Assembly (NCBI GenBank): GCA_016180195.1
Contig: JACPBS010000004.1
Span: 103,391 to 167,390, forward strand
Source of the DNA: Candidatus Woesearchaeota archaeon
Lineage (GTDB): Archaea > Nanobdellota > Nanobdellia > Woesearchaeales > UBA10216
Length of the DNA: 64,000 nt
Direction of reading: 5' to 3'
Shown here: one piece after another, positions 49,226 to 58,279 of the stretch
Layout of the letters: each line of letters starts with the position of its first letter
How positions within the stretch are numbered: the first letter of the stretch is position 1
Translations under genes and position numbers: made by a program
Notes under the pieces: generated by a model
Databases searched by the model: none
What the model saw: the letters and a program-made list of their open reading frames with translations, nothing else
What the model was told of the DNA's origin: nothing

Positions 49226-49371
49226 TAACAAAAATCCGCCGCTCGGAGCTATCCTCTCATTTCAATGGCGGATCCCAATTTGAACAGAATTCAAATGGTC
49301 CCAATCGCAAAACGATTTGGGTTTCGCCCTAAAGGGCGGGGCTTTGAACCCAAGGCGAAATTTATTTGTAA
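49226..49371. repeat. Dispersed palindromic repeat, copy C (longest; stacked hairpins)
   Basis: ATCCGCC..GGCGGAT; ATTTGAA..TTCAAAT; AATCG-CAAAA-CGATT; CGCCCT-AA-AGGGCG; ends shared with copies A and B. Confidence 0.85.
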
Positions 49372-49372
49372 T

Positions 49373-49774
49373 TCAGTTGTTGCTTGTCTTGTTCCCTGCC
49401 AGTTCGTTTATGCTTAATCCCTTGTTTCGTGCAATGTCAAATGAGACCATCAGGCTTTTCCCTGAGTCTTTGAGTTCGTCGAGGGCTAGGAAAAACCAGT
49501 CTGCATTGTGCCTGAATCCAACCCATGGCTCTGCGTTGAACATCCTGGCGAATGCTGCAAGGTCATCTATCTGATCCTTAGTTATGTATCTTTTTTCATC
49601 AGAGCTTGATTTGCATTCTATCGCCAGTCTACGGATACCGTTTCCTGCCACGATGTCAGGGCATGGGTATTTTGATGAGCCGCTCCCCGCAACCCTTATC
49701 GGGAACCATCCCCTTTCCCAGAAAAGGTGTGTTAGTTCGCGTTCCGCATTTATTCCCTTGGCTTTCCTGTTCAT
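49373..49774 (-). CDS. hjc: Holliday junction resolvase
   Basis: KGINAEREL, RVAGSG, PDIVAG, AIECK. Confidence 0.93.
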   Translation of the reverse strand: MNRKAKGINAERELTHLFWERGWFPIRVAGSGSSKYPCPDIVAGNGIRRLAIECKSSSDEKRYITKDQIDDLAAFARMFNAEPWVGFRHNADWFFLALDELKDSGKSLMVSFDIARNKGLSINELAGNKTSNN

Positions 49775-49778
49775 ATGA

Positions 49779-50669
49779 TCAAATCCTTGTCTTCATGAGG
49801 TCAAAGGCGCATATAGCTCCGCTGAACACGGTTCTGGCGTCTTCCTCTATCTGGCTTATGGTCTTGTATCGTTGTGAGAAGTGTGTGAGAACCAGTTTTT
49901 TTGCGTTTGCGCTGTTTGCGATCATTGCAGCCTGCCTGGCTGTCAGGTGCTTGTTCTTTTCTGCTTTGTCCTCAAGGTCATCAGCGTATGTTGATTCGAT
50001 GATCAGCATGTCTGAGTCCTTTGCAAGCTCCACTGCGTTGTTGCACACTGCGGTGTCGGTTACATATGCAATCTTCTTTCCGTGTTCGACATATGATACC
50101 TGATCCGGATCGATTCGTTTGCCCTGCCACTTTATCGGATAGCCATCCTGTAGCTGTCCTATTAGCGGTCCTTGCGGTATGCCTGCTTTCTTTATGGCCT
50201 CCAGATTTATCTTCCTTTTTCCTTTCTGGACGATGCTGTACCCGAGGCAGGTTGTCGTGTGGTCTAGCGGGAGCGCTTCAATCGAGATTGTTTCTGAGTC
50301 ATGGAACTTTCTTTTTGCTACGTCAAAAACCTGGACTTCTGAATTTTCCTCGAATACAAATGCTTTTTTCAGCATTCCGAATCTTTTCTTCGTTCCCTTT
50401 GGTCCGTAGATTTTAAGCGATTTTGTCGGATCCATTGACGCAAGGCTCTGGACCAATCCTGGCAGGCCGAGCACGTGATCCCCGTGCCAGTGGGATATCA
50501 GGATGATTGACAGCTTGGTCAGGCTTATTCCTGCATGCCTGAGTTGCCTTTGCACCCCTTCGCCGCAGTCCAGGAGAATTCCTTGGTTTCCGCAGCTTAC
50601 AAAGACTCCTGCGTGGTTTCTTTCCTTAGTGGGCACCATTGAGCCTGTTCCCAAAAAAACTGTTTCCAT
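49779..50669 (-). CDS. rnz: Ribonuclease Z
   Basis: FLGTGS.VPT.ERN, LLDCGEG.Q, SHWHGDH, GP-rich exosite, EST, THFSQRY. Confidence 0.95.
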   Translation of the reverse strand: METVFLGTGSMVPTKERNHAGVFVSCGNQGILLDCGEGVQRQLRHAGISLTKLSIILISHWHGDHVLGLPGLVQSLASMDPTKSLKIYGPKGTKKRFGMLKKAFVFEENSEVQVFDVAKRKFHDSETISIEALPLDHTTTCLGYSIVQKGKRKINLEAIKKAGIPQGPLIGQLQDGYPIKWQGKRIDPDQVSYVEHGKKIAYVTDTAVCNNAVELAKDSDMLIIESTYADDLEDKAEKNKHLTARQAAMIANSANAKKLVLTHFSQRYKTISQIEEDARTVFSGAICAFDLMKTRI

Positions 50670-50719
50670 GCTTTTAAAGAAGAGTGGTTGTTATTTAATA
50701 TTTGTTAATTCAGTCAATA

Positions 50720-50812
50720 GCGACAGAGCGTCGTTCGTTTTAGTCGTGCGCTGGGGGAGGGTTGTTCCTTCGGAAACCCCCAGAGCCTTTCCCAAAAGGG
50801 GAAAGGCGTCGC
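50720..50812. ncRNA. Candidate structured RNA of unknown class
   Basis: GC-rich island: closing GCGAC/GTCGC, AGCG/CGCT, CTGGGGG/CCCCCAG, GCCTTTCCC-AAAAG-GGGAAAGGC. Confidence 0.45.
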
Positions 50813-50902
50813 ATCTTTAGAAAAAGAACTTCAGAAAGCTAACTGCTTAATTCAGGTCGTTAATTCAAAAGCCTTTTAAATCAGCATAAAAAAACAGTAT
50901 TC

Positions 50903-51436
50903 ATGACAAAAGAGATCGTTAATGCGTATCTTTCAGAGGAAAGGGTGGTAACAGAGAACTCTGACGCTGCCCGGGAGTTGTATAACCAGGCAAGGTATGG
51001 GAAGATAACGAAGGATAATTCTGTCCAGCTTTCGCTTATAGAGGCATTTTACCTTAATGAGAAGCAGAGGATTGTTGTTCTTGACAAGAAGGGGAAGGCT
51101 GTTCCGGCCGAGACTTTCATGAAGAAGGCTTCGCGGAAGGAGCCTGGCTTCTGGGTCAGGTACTCAGTGTATAAGGACATTCGTGACAGGGGTTACATAA
51201 TAAAGACTGCCCTTAAGTTCGGTGCTGATTTCAGGATTTATGACCGCGGAGTGAAGCCCGGCGAGGATCATGCCAGGTGGATAGTATACCCTGTTTACGA
51301 GGCTGAGAAGCTGACTTGGTATGAGTTCGCTGCGAAAAACAGGGTTGCTCACTCTACTAAAAAAAGGCTTCTGATAGGTGTTGTTGATGACGAAGGCGAT
51401 GTTTCCTATTGGGAATGCAGGTGGCTGAGGCCTTGA
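50903..51436 (+). CDS. endA: tRNA splicing endonuclease (single-unit, 177 aa)
   Basis: LSLIEAFYL, VYKDIRDRGY, KFGADFRIY, H, RVAHSTKK: Tyr/His/Lys catalytic triad present. Confidence 0.95.
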   Translation: MTKEIVNAYLSEERVVTENSDAARELYNQARYGKITKDNSVQLSLIEAFYLNEKQRIVVLDKKGKAVPAETFMKKASRKEPGFWVRYSVYKDIRDRGYIIKTALKFGADFRIYDRGVKPGEDHARWIVYPVYEAEKLTWYEFAAKNRVAHSTKKRLLIGVVDDEGDVSYWECRWLRP

Positions 51437-51474
51437 ATGCGGAAAAATATAAATAGTTTTCAACGATCCGTATC

Positions 51475-52353
51475 GTGATGAATCAGGATCAGGTGCTTCA
51501 GATAATCAGGACGCGAGGGCCTATCATACCCTCGCAGATATCCAAGGAATTAGGGACTAATATTTTGTTTGCATCAGCCATTCTTTCCGAGTTTGCGTCC
51601 CGAAATCTCGTTAAGGTATCAAACTTGAAGATAGGCGGTTCTCCTTTGTACTACATGATTGGCCAGGAGGAGCGGCTGTTCGAGTACATAGACAGGCTCC
51701 CTGAAAGGGAGAAGGAAGCATGCCTTCTCTTGAGAAACAGCAGGATTCTTAGGGACAGCATCCTTGATCCCGTGAAGAAGGTTGCGCTTAGGCAGTGCAG
51801 GGATTTTTCCAAGCCGCTTGAGGTTACTATTAACGGGCAGAAGGAGATTTTTTGGAAGTGGTATATGGTTCCAAATGATGAGGCTGAAAAATCAATAAGG
51901 CAGGAGCTTCTTCAGCAGAAAAGAGTGGAGCCGATGCCAAAGGAATTAAGGACAGAACCGAAAGCTGTTGAGCAGGCTGAGCCTAAGAAAAAGGAAATAA
52001 GCGAGGTGCATCCTGCTGACCAGGATTCGAAGCCTCAAAAGAGCCTGTTTGGCAGGGTATTGAGCGATTATTTCCATGATAGGAAAATAAGGGTTTTGGA
52101 GGAACAGGTTATAAAGAAAGAGAAAGAGCTGATGTTCACTTTGAGGATTCCGAGCCCTGTTGGTGATTTGCAGTACCTGTGCGTCGCTTTTAACAAGGTT
52201 AAATGTAATGAGTCTGATTTGAGCTATGCGTTCGTCCAGGGGCAGATCAAAAGGCTGCCTGTCTTGTTGGTGGCAAGGGGCGAGCTTACAAAAAAGGCAA
52301 ATGAGTTGCTTGTGTCGAAAGAGTTCAGCAACCTGACTTTTGTGAAGGTATAG
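51475..52353 (+). CDS. Hypothetical protein with N-terminal winged helix
   Basis: IIRTRGPIIPSQISKELG..ASAILSE..KIGGSPLYY; directly upstream of fen. Confidence 0.7.
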   Translation: MMNQDQVLQIIRTRGPIIPSQISKELGTNILFASAILSEFASRNLVKVSNLKIGGSPLYYMIGQEERLFEYIDRLPEREKEACLLLRNSRILRDSILDPVKKVALRQCRDFSKPLEVTINGQKEIFWKWYMVPNDEAEKSIRQELLQQKRVEPMPKELRTEPKAVEQAEPKKKEISEVHPADQDSKPQKSLFGRVLSDYFHDRKIRVLEEQVIKKEKELMFTLRIPSPVGDLQYLCVAFNKVKCNESDLSYAFVQGQIKRLPVLLVARGELTKKANELLVSKEFSNLTFVKV

Positions 52354-52358
52354 GCTTT

Positions 52359-53372
52359 ATGGGAGTTCAAATAATTGACATATTGAAAAGGCACGAAGTG
52401 GGTTTGGATTTTCTTTCTGGAAAGGTGATTGCGATCGACGCATCAAACCATCTGTACCAGTTCCTTACGACGATAAGGGCTCCTGATGGGTCGCCTTTCA
52501 CCGACTCGAAGGGCAATATCACATCCCACTTGATCGGTCTTTTCAGCAGGACTGCGAATCTTATGCAGAAGAACATCAGGCTAATTTATGTGTTCGACGG
52601 GCCTGCGCCCCGCCTGAAGCATAGGGAGCTTGAATCGCGGAAGGAGGCTAAAAGGGCTGCTGCGGAGAGATATGAGGCTGCAATTAAGGCAAATAATTTG
52701 GAGGATATGAGAAAGTTTGCTGGAAGGTTTGCCAGGCTTACTCCTGATATGGTTTCGGAATCAAAGAAGCTTCTTGAGGCTCTTGGGATTCCCTTCATTG
52801 ATGCGCCTTCGGAGGGTGAAGCCCAGGCAGCCCATATTGTAAAGAAGGGCAACGCGTTTGCGTCCGCATCCCAGGATGCTGATTCCCTGCTTTTCGGTAC
52901 AAAGAGGCTTGTGAGGAACCTTTCGATTACTGGGCGGAGGAAGAAACAGCTTTCGTATTCTGAAATCTCGCCTGAGCTTATCGTGCTTGACGAGAATCTC
53001 TGTGAGCTGGGTATAACTCAGGATCAGCTCATAGCTTTGGGGATGCTTGTCGGGACGGATTATAACAGCAGGGGCATAAAAGGAGTGGGGCCTGTAAGGG
53101 CTTTGGAGCTTGTGAAGAAACACGGAGATAGCTTCAGCAAGCTGTTTGAGGAGGTTTGCTGGGATCGGTGTTTCGATGTTCCCTGGACTGAGATTTTTGA
53201 TTTTTTCAAGAATATTCCTGTGACAGACCAATATGAGCTTTCATGGGGGGAGCCTGACAGGAATGCTGCAGTATCCCTTTTATGCGGCATGCATGATTTT
53301 TCTGTCGAGAGGGTTGAAAAGACGATGGATGCCCTTTCCAAAAGGCAAAAGGGACTGGGTGAGTATTTCTGA
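52359..53372 (+). CDS. fen: Flap endonuclease 1
   Basis: IDASNHLYQFL, VFDG, APSEGEAQAA, SQDAD, GTDYN, C-terminal PIP-box QKGLGEYF. Confidence 0.96.
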   Translation: MGVQIIDILKRHEVGLDFLSGKVIAIDASNHLYQFLTTIRAPDGSPFTDSKGNITSHLIGLFSRTANLMQKNIRLIYVFDGPAPRLKHRELESRKEAKRAAAERYEAAIKANNLEDMRKFAGRFARLTPDMVSESKKLLEALGIPFIDAPSEGEAQAAHIVKKGNAFASASQDADSLLFGTKRLVRNLSITGRRKKQLSYSEISPELIVLDENLCELGITQDQLIALGMLVGTDYNSRGIKGVGPVRALELVKKHGDSFSKLFEEVCWDRCFDVPWTEIFDFFKNIPVTDQYELSWGEPDRNAAVSLLCGMHDFSVERVEKTMDALSKRQKGLGEYF

Positions 53373-53373
53373 A

Positions 53374-54162
53374 ATGGGCGCCGTAGGAAAGATAGATGAA
53401 AGAAGGAGCTTTGATGTAGTCGGTAGCATCGCCATAATTGAGGTTCCGCGAGGGAGTGGGAGGAAAGAAAAGGCTGTGGCAGAGGGGATATTATCAATGC
53501 ATAGTAACATCAGGACGGTTGTTAAAAAGGTGGGTGCCCATGAAGGTGCTTTCAGGATCCAGAAGTCAAAGTTTATCGCGGGAGAGAAGACCAAGGAAAC
53601 TGTTCATAGGGAAAGCGGAGTGCTGCTGAAGCTTGATATCAACAGGGTTTATTTCTCGCCTAGGCTCTCTGGCGAGAGGCTTAGGATTGCAAGTCTGGTG
53701 AAAAGGGGGGAGAGGGTTCTTGTTATGTTTTCAGGATGCGGGCCTTACCCTCTTGTAATATCAAGAAATTCTTTGGCAAAGGAAGTGGTCGGGATCGAGC
53801 TTAACAGGAAAGCACATGAGTATGCTGAGTTTAATGTGAAGCTCAACAAGCTGAAGAACATCATCCTCCTGAATGGGGATGTCAGGACTGAAGTGAAGAG
53901 GCTGAAAGGCAAGTTTGACAGGGTTGTCATGCCCCTTCCAAAGGGCGGTGAGCTTTACTTGAAAGAGTCTTTTTCTAGGGTGAAGAAAGGGGGCACGATC
54001 CATTTTTATGTTTTCCTTCAGGAGGAGCGGATTCCGGAGGGCGGCTTAGAACTGGTCAGTCAGGAATTGAAGCCAGGGAAATTCAGGATATCCAGGGTGG
54101 TTAAGTGTGGCCAGGTTGCCCCCAGGTGCTACAGGGTTTGTTTTGACATCAAGATTTTGTGA
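53374..54162 (+). CDS. Trm5/Tyw2-family tRNA methyltransferase
   Basis: SFDVVGSIAI, HRESG, VYFSPRLSGER, MFSGCGPY, FDRVVMPLP; start moved to the ATG at 53374. Confidence 0.88.
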   Translation: MGAVGKIDERRSFDVVGSIAIIEVPRGSGRKEKAVAEGILSMHSNIRTVVKKVGAHEGAFRIQKSKFIAGEKTKETVHRESGVLLKLDINRVYFSPRLSGERLRIASLVKRGERVLVMFSGCGPYPLVISRNSLAKEVVGIELNRKAHEYAEFNVKLNKLKNIILLNGDVRTEVKRLKGKFDRVVMPLPKGGELYLKESFSRVKKGGTIHFYVFLQEERIPEGGLELVSQELKPGKFRISRVVKCGQVAPRCYRVCFDIKIL

Positions 54163-54232
54163 TTATCGTTGCAGCTGCGGAGATGCTGCTATTACCCAAA
54201 TGCTTAAATAGAATGGTTCATTTCGTGGTTTT

Positions 54233-54302
54233 GCGCGATGATTTGGTGAACACCCGCTAAGGCCTAAAGCCGATGAAGAACGGAAGTAACTTATGAGCGC
54301 GC
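54233..54302 (+). ncRNA. Candidate C/D-box sRNA
   Basis: Terminal GCGC/GCGC stem; C GCGATGA, D' CTAA, hairpin GGC-CTAAA-GCC, C' CCGATGA, D ATGA; TATA-like CTTAAATA at 54203. Confidence 0.6.
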
Positions 54303-54303
54303 T

Positions 54304-55452
54304 TTATCCAAACATGTGCATGTAGTTCTTTTCCTCGATTTCAGTCATTCTCCTTATTTTGCTGACCGCGTTGAGGAAATCCTCGAATGTAACTTTTGAC
54401 CTTCCTTGCCTTATGGCGAAGTAGCCTGCTTCTGTGCATACTGCCTTTATGTCTGCTCCTGAGAAGCCTTCGCTTAGCTCGATGATCTTTTCAGTGTTCA
54501 TTTCCTTCGTGTTCATTTTGCCTGCATGGATCTCAAATATTTCCTTTCTTCCTGTTCTGTCAGGGAGAGGGACTGGTATTTGCCTTTCAAGCCTTCCCGG
54601 CCTGAGTATTGCGGGGTCGAGTATGTCCTTCCTGTTTGTGCAGCCTATGATTTTAACATTGCCCAGTGCCTTGAATCCGTCGATTTCAGCAAGCAGCTGC
54701 ATGAATGTCCTTTGCACTTCCCTTTCTCCGCTGGTTCCGAGCTCTATTCTTTTCGCGGCTATGGAATCTAGCTCGTCTATGAATATGATCGAGGGGGATT
54801 TTTCCCTGGCAAGGCTGAATACGTCCTTTACCATTTTCGCCCCTTCGCCTATGAATTTCTGCACTAGCTCTGACCCGACGATCTCGATGAACGTGGATTT
54901 GGTGCTGGCTGCAACGGCTTTCGCAAGCAGCGTCTTTCCTGTTCCCGGGGGGCCGTGGAGGAGGATTCCTTTTGGTGGCTCGATGCCCACTTCTTTGAAT
55001 AAGTCGGGATTCAGCAGGGGTAGCTCTATGACTTCTTTTATCTCTGATATCTGTTCAGCCATGCCGCCTATTTCCTTCCAGTTCACTTGGGGCTTTTCTA
55101 TTATTACGAACTTCTCCACGTTGTGCCTTTTTACGCTTCTTGCCTTTCTTACAACCATCAGGTTCTTTTGGTCGACGAATACGTGGTCTCCGGATTTAAG
55201 TGGTTCGCATGTGGAAGATACTTCAACGAAGAACTGGTTGCCGTTCGGCACCTTGATGACTGCATTATGTCCGCTTGCTTCCCTTACCTCGCAAAGCATG
55301 AGCGGGGGTCTTTTGTATCTCTCAAGCTCGTTTCTGAGCTGGTTGATTGTTTCCCGCAGTATATTTCCTTCTTCCTGCATCTGGTTTGCGTATGAGCTGT
55401 ACCCGTACATTACCTTGTTGAGATTTTCTTCTTCGCTTTTGATCTTGATCAC
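54304..55452 (-). CDS. pan: Proteasome-activating nucleotidase
   Basis: Coiled coil plus OB domain, GPPGTGKT, FIDELD, EREVQRT, RPGRLER; likely GTG start overlapping the upstream stop. Confidence 0.93.
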   Translation of the reverse strand: MIKIKSEEENLNKVMYGYSSYANQMQEEGNILRETINQLRNELERYKRPPLMLCEVREASGHNAVIKVPNGNQFFVEVSSTCEPLKSGDHVFVDQKNLMVVRKARSVKRHNVEKFVIIEKPQVNWKEIGGMAEQISEIKEVIELPLLNPDLFKEVGIEPPKGILLHGPPGTGKTLLAKAVAASTKSTFIEIVGSELVQKFIGEGAKMVKDVFSLAREKSPSIIFIDELDSIAAKRIELGTSGEREVQRTFMQLLAEIDGFKALGNVKIIGCTNRKDILDPAILRPGRLERQIPVPLPDRTGRKEIFEIHAGKMNTKEMNTEKIIELSEGFSGADIKAVCTEAGYFAIRQGRSKVTFEDFLNAVSKIRRMTEIEEKNYMHMFG

Positions 55453-56762
55453 TCCGTTGATTTGGTTATCGGGACTTTCCTTACCAGTATTTGCGGGACT
55501 GTTATCGGGCTTTCTATTTCCCACCCTACTATTTGCCTTTGCTCGTTGCTTGCGGAGGTAATATTCCTTAGCATTCTGAGCATGTTGTCGTTGATTCTTA
55601 TGCCTTTGACAGGCTTTTTTATCCTTCCGTTTTCAACCAGAAAGATTCCGTCTCTTGGGATTGTTGAAAAGTCGCCTGATGCCTGGTTTTGGAACCTCGT
55701 ATACCACAGATTCGTTACGATAAGTCCTTTTTTTATTTTGCCTAGCATTTCTTCTTTATTAAAATTTCCTTTTTCAACTACCGGGTTTATTGCCCTGGGC
55801 GCAAGTATGCCTGCGTTTGCCGTTGTTTTTGTCTTGTATTTCGACGCTGTTGACGTGTTGTGAAGATATGTTTTGAGCACTCCTTTCTTGATTATCTCTG
55901 TTTTTTTGCATGGGACTCCTTCTTCGTCGAATCTTCTTGAGTTGATGCCCCAGTCTGCTGTTGCATCGTCAACCATGGTGAGGCTTTCGCTTCCGACTTT
56001 TTTTCCAAGTGACCCTATGAAGAATGAAAGGCCTGCCTCCACATTGAACATGGACGATGAGTTTGATGCGTTTTCAAGTATGTTTGCGGATGGTAGGTGC
56101 TCAAAAAAGATATCATAGGTTCCTTCTTCCAAAGTTGAAGGGTTTCTCGCCAGTAGTGCTATGGTTGAAGACTCAATGGCTGCTTTTCTGAAGTCAAGCC
56201 CTTTGAGGTTTCGGGAGGCTGAAACGCTGTGTCCGGACGCGTCCTTGCTGGAGAAAGACCTTATTGAGAAGTATGCGCGGGTCATTTCATCCCGTGTATC
56301 AATTCCTCCAGTGCTTTTTAGGGTTATTTTTAGGACTTCTTTTTCAAATACACCTGAGCATCTTAGAGCACCGTTTGTTGTGGCTTCGTTTATTGAGGCT
56401 TCAACTGCGTCTGCCATGTCCATTTTCGAGAGCTTCTTGTCGAATATCTGGCTCTTTCCGTATGTGAAGGGCCCTCTTGCTATTCCATGATAGTCCTCGT
56501 TTTTTGCGAGTGATGATGCGAACTTAACTATTCTTCCTATGGATTTATCTATTGGTTTTTTTTCAGGCGACACTATTGTGGATACTGTCCTGTTCTTTAT
56601 GGATGCGAATATGGTGATGTGGCTTGCAATCCATCTTTGTGTTGTGCTTACTTTGTTGTTGGAGAACTTTATCTGTGCAATGTTTGTTTCATCAAGCGAT
56701 GCGATGGCATCGTCACTAACTTTTCTCAGTTTCCTGAATGCGTAGTCCAGCGCATCAGTCAT
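55449..56762 (-). CDS. TldE/PmbA-family protein
   Basis: FDEEGVP, GVLKTYLHN, TTANAG, GDFS; no HExxGH; follows the TldD gene. Confidence 0.88.
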   Translation of the reverse strand: MTDALDYAFRKLRKVSDDAIASLDETNIAQIKFSNNKVSTTQRWIASHITIFASIKNRTVSTIVSPEKKPIDKSIGRIVKFASSLAKNEDYHGIARGPFTYGKSQIFDKKLSKMDMADAVEASINEATTNGALRCSGVFEKEVLKITLKSTGGIDTRDEMTRAYFSIRSFSSKDASGHSVSASRNLKGLDFRKAAIESSTIALLARNPSTLEEGTYDIFFEHLPSANILENASNSSSMFNVEAGLSFFIGSLGKKVGSESLTMVDDATADWGINSRRFDEEGVPCKKTEIIKKGVLKTYLHNTSTASKYKTKTTANAGILAPRAINPVVEKGNFNKEEMLGKIKKGLIVTNLWYTRFQNQASGDFSTIPRDGIFLVENGRIKKPVKGIRINDNMLRMLRNITSASNEQRQIVGWEIESPITVPQILVRKVPITKSTE

Positions 56763-58168
56763 CTTAGCCTTATCCCCCTTATTCTCATGGACGGTCCTCC
56801 GAACCAGACAGGGAGTGCCTGCATGGGCTCTCCCTTCCCGCACGTGCCTGCATGGTATTCAGTGTTGTTTGCTACAGCATCAATCGAGGAGTAAAGGGCA
56901 TTGGTCGTTATCTCTATGGTAGGCTTGGAAACAGGGCCCAGGATTCTTCCTTCTTCTATCATGTACGCTTCAGCACCTACGTACTTCTGGTTTTCCCTTT
57001 TGTCGTCTATGTTCCATTCTGTGAAGGTTTTTATGTAGACGCCTTTCTTTACGTCCTCGATCAGTTCCTCCTCTGTTTGGTCTCCTGGTTCTATGAAAGT
57101 ATTTGACATGCGAACGATTGGTTCGCGGTCAAAGCCTGTTGTTCGTCCTGATGCGTTTGAGTCTATATTGAAAACAGATGCAGTTTCCCTGTTGTGCAGG
57201 AAATTCGAGATTATGCCGTTCTTCACAAGCTGTTTCCTTTGCGCTTTTACCCCTTCATCATCATAAAGGTAGAAGCCGAAGCTGTTAGGTATTGTCGGGT
57301 CGTCTGAGATGTTCACTGCATCGCTGCCGATCCTGCTTCTCACCAGGTCGGGGGTTATGAATGACTCGCCCGCCTGCGCTGCTTCCCTTCCGAGGATCCT
57401 GTCGGCTTCATATGGGTGCCCGCCGCTTTCATGTACCATTATCCCTGTGATTTGCGGTGCCACTATGACATCTGTTTTTTCGCGCGGTGGCTTGACAGCA
57501 TGTTCAATGTTTTTCTTCATGCTCAATACGTCATTGGATAGTGTTTCAGGGAAACCAAACTCGGTTACTGCTTCAAATCCCCCTGCTTTTCCATACTGCC
57601 AGTATCTTTGTGCTGTTTTGCCTCTGCTTGCTATGGTTATGAAGTAATAAAAATTGACCCTTGGCACGATTGAGGTTACCTTTGAGCCTTCGCTGTTGCA
57701 GTAGTATTTTTCATCAACTGAATCCGACAGGTAAAGATACCTGAATGGCACCTTGACTCCGGTTGATAATAGGGCCTTCTCTATATCGAATAGGCAGGTT
57801 ATGTGCTGGTCAGATCCCACTTCCTCGATTTTTATCTTTTCTTTCACTGAGTATTTGGATATCGCAGGGCTGCTTTTCCTAAGGAAGACTCCGTTATTAA
57901 GTCCGGAGATGGCTTTTGAGTCGCGAATTGCAAATTCAACCGCCTTTTTTATTCCAATTCGTGAAAGCGTGTTGGTGCATGCAAATCCGACTGTTCCATT
58001 TATATTCACCCGAACCCCTATGCCCTCGAACTCTTCAAATGCGGAAGACTGGACGATTCCGTTTTTTAGAAGGAATCCATTATACAGCTTTTTCTCGTAT
58101 CTTGCATCCGCGAAGGCAGCTCCCTTCCTTGATGCAAGTTCGATTGCATAATCTGCAAGATCTTCCAT
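56759..58168 (-). CDS. tldD: TldD-family metalloprotease
   Basis: HESGGHPYEADR, YDDEGV, PIVRMSNT, CGKGEPMQ...GGP. Confidence 0.92.
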   Translation of the reverse strand: MEDLADYAIELASRKGAAFADARYEKKLYNGFLLKNGIVQSSAFEEFEGIGVRVNINGTVGFACTNTLSRIGIKKAVEFAIRDSKAISGLNNGVFLRKSSPAISKYSVKEKIKIEEVGSDQHITCLFDIEKALLSTGVKVPFRYLYLSDSVDEKYYCNSEGSKVTSIVPRVNFYYFITIASRGKTAQRYWQYGKAGGFEAVTEFGFPETLSNDVLSMKKNIEHAVKPPREKTDVIVAPQITGIMVHESGGHPYEADRILGREAAQAGESFITPDLVRSRIGSDAVNISDDPTIPNSFGFYLYDDEGVKAQRKQLVKNGIISNFLHNRETASVFNIDSNASGRTTGFDREPIVRMSNTFIEPGDQTEEELIEDVKKGVYIKTFTEWNIDDKRENQKYVGAEAYMIEEGRILGPVSKPTIEITTNALYSSIDAVANNTEYHAGTCGKGEPMQALPVWFGGPSMRIRGIRLR

Positions 58169-58279
58169 GAGTGCTCGGATGGATGGGAGTTTTTTAAATT
58201 GTTCGGTTAAATGATGTCAAACATGGCACACTAAAGTGCGAGTTCGGGGTCCTATTTAAAACCTGATTCGCATTTGTCA

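Noticed and set aside
50720-50812. RNase P RNA, SRP RNA or 5S rRNA identity for the structured element
   Set aside because: It lacks the RNase P P4 motif (GAGGAAAGUCC), the SRP helix-8 motif and 5S consensus segments on either strand.
54434-55561. 375-aa plus-strand ORF and many similar long antisense ORFs (e.g. 2105-2752, 21990-22637, 59417-60034)
   Set aside because: They are shadows of well-supported genes on the opposite strand, S/F/I-rich and without motifs.
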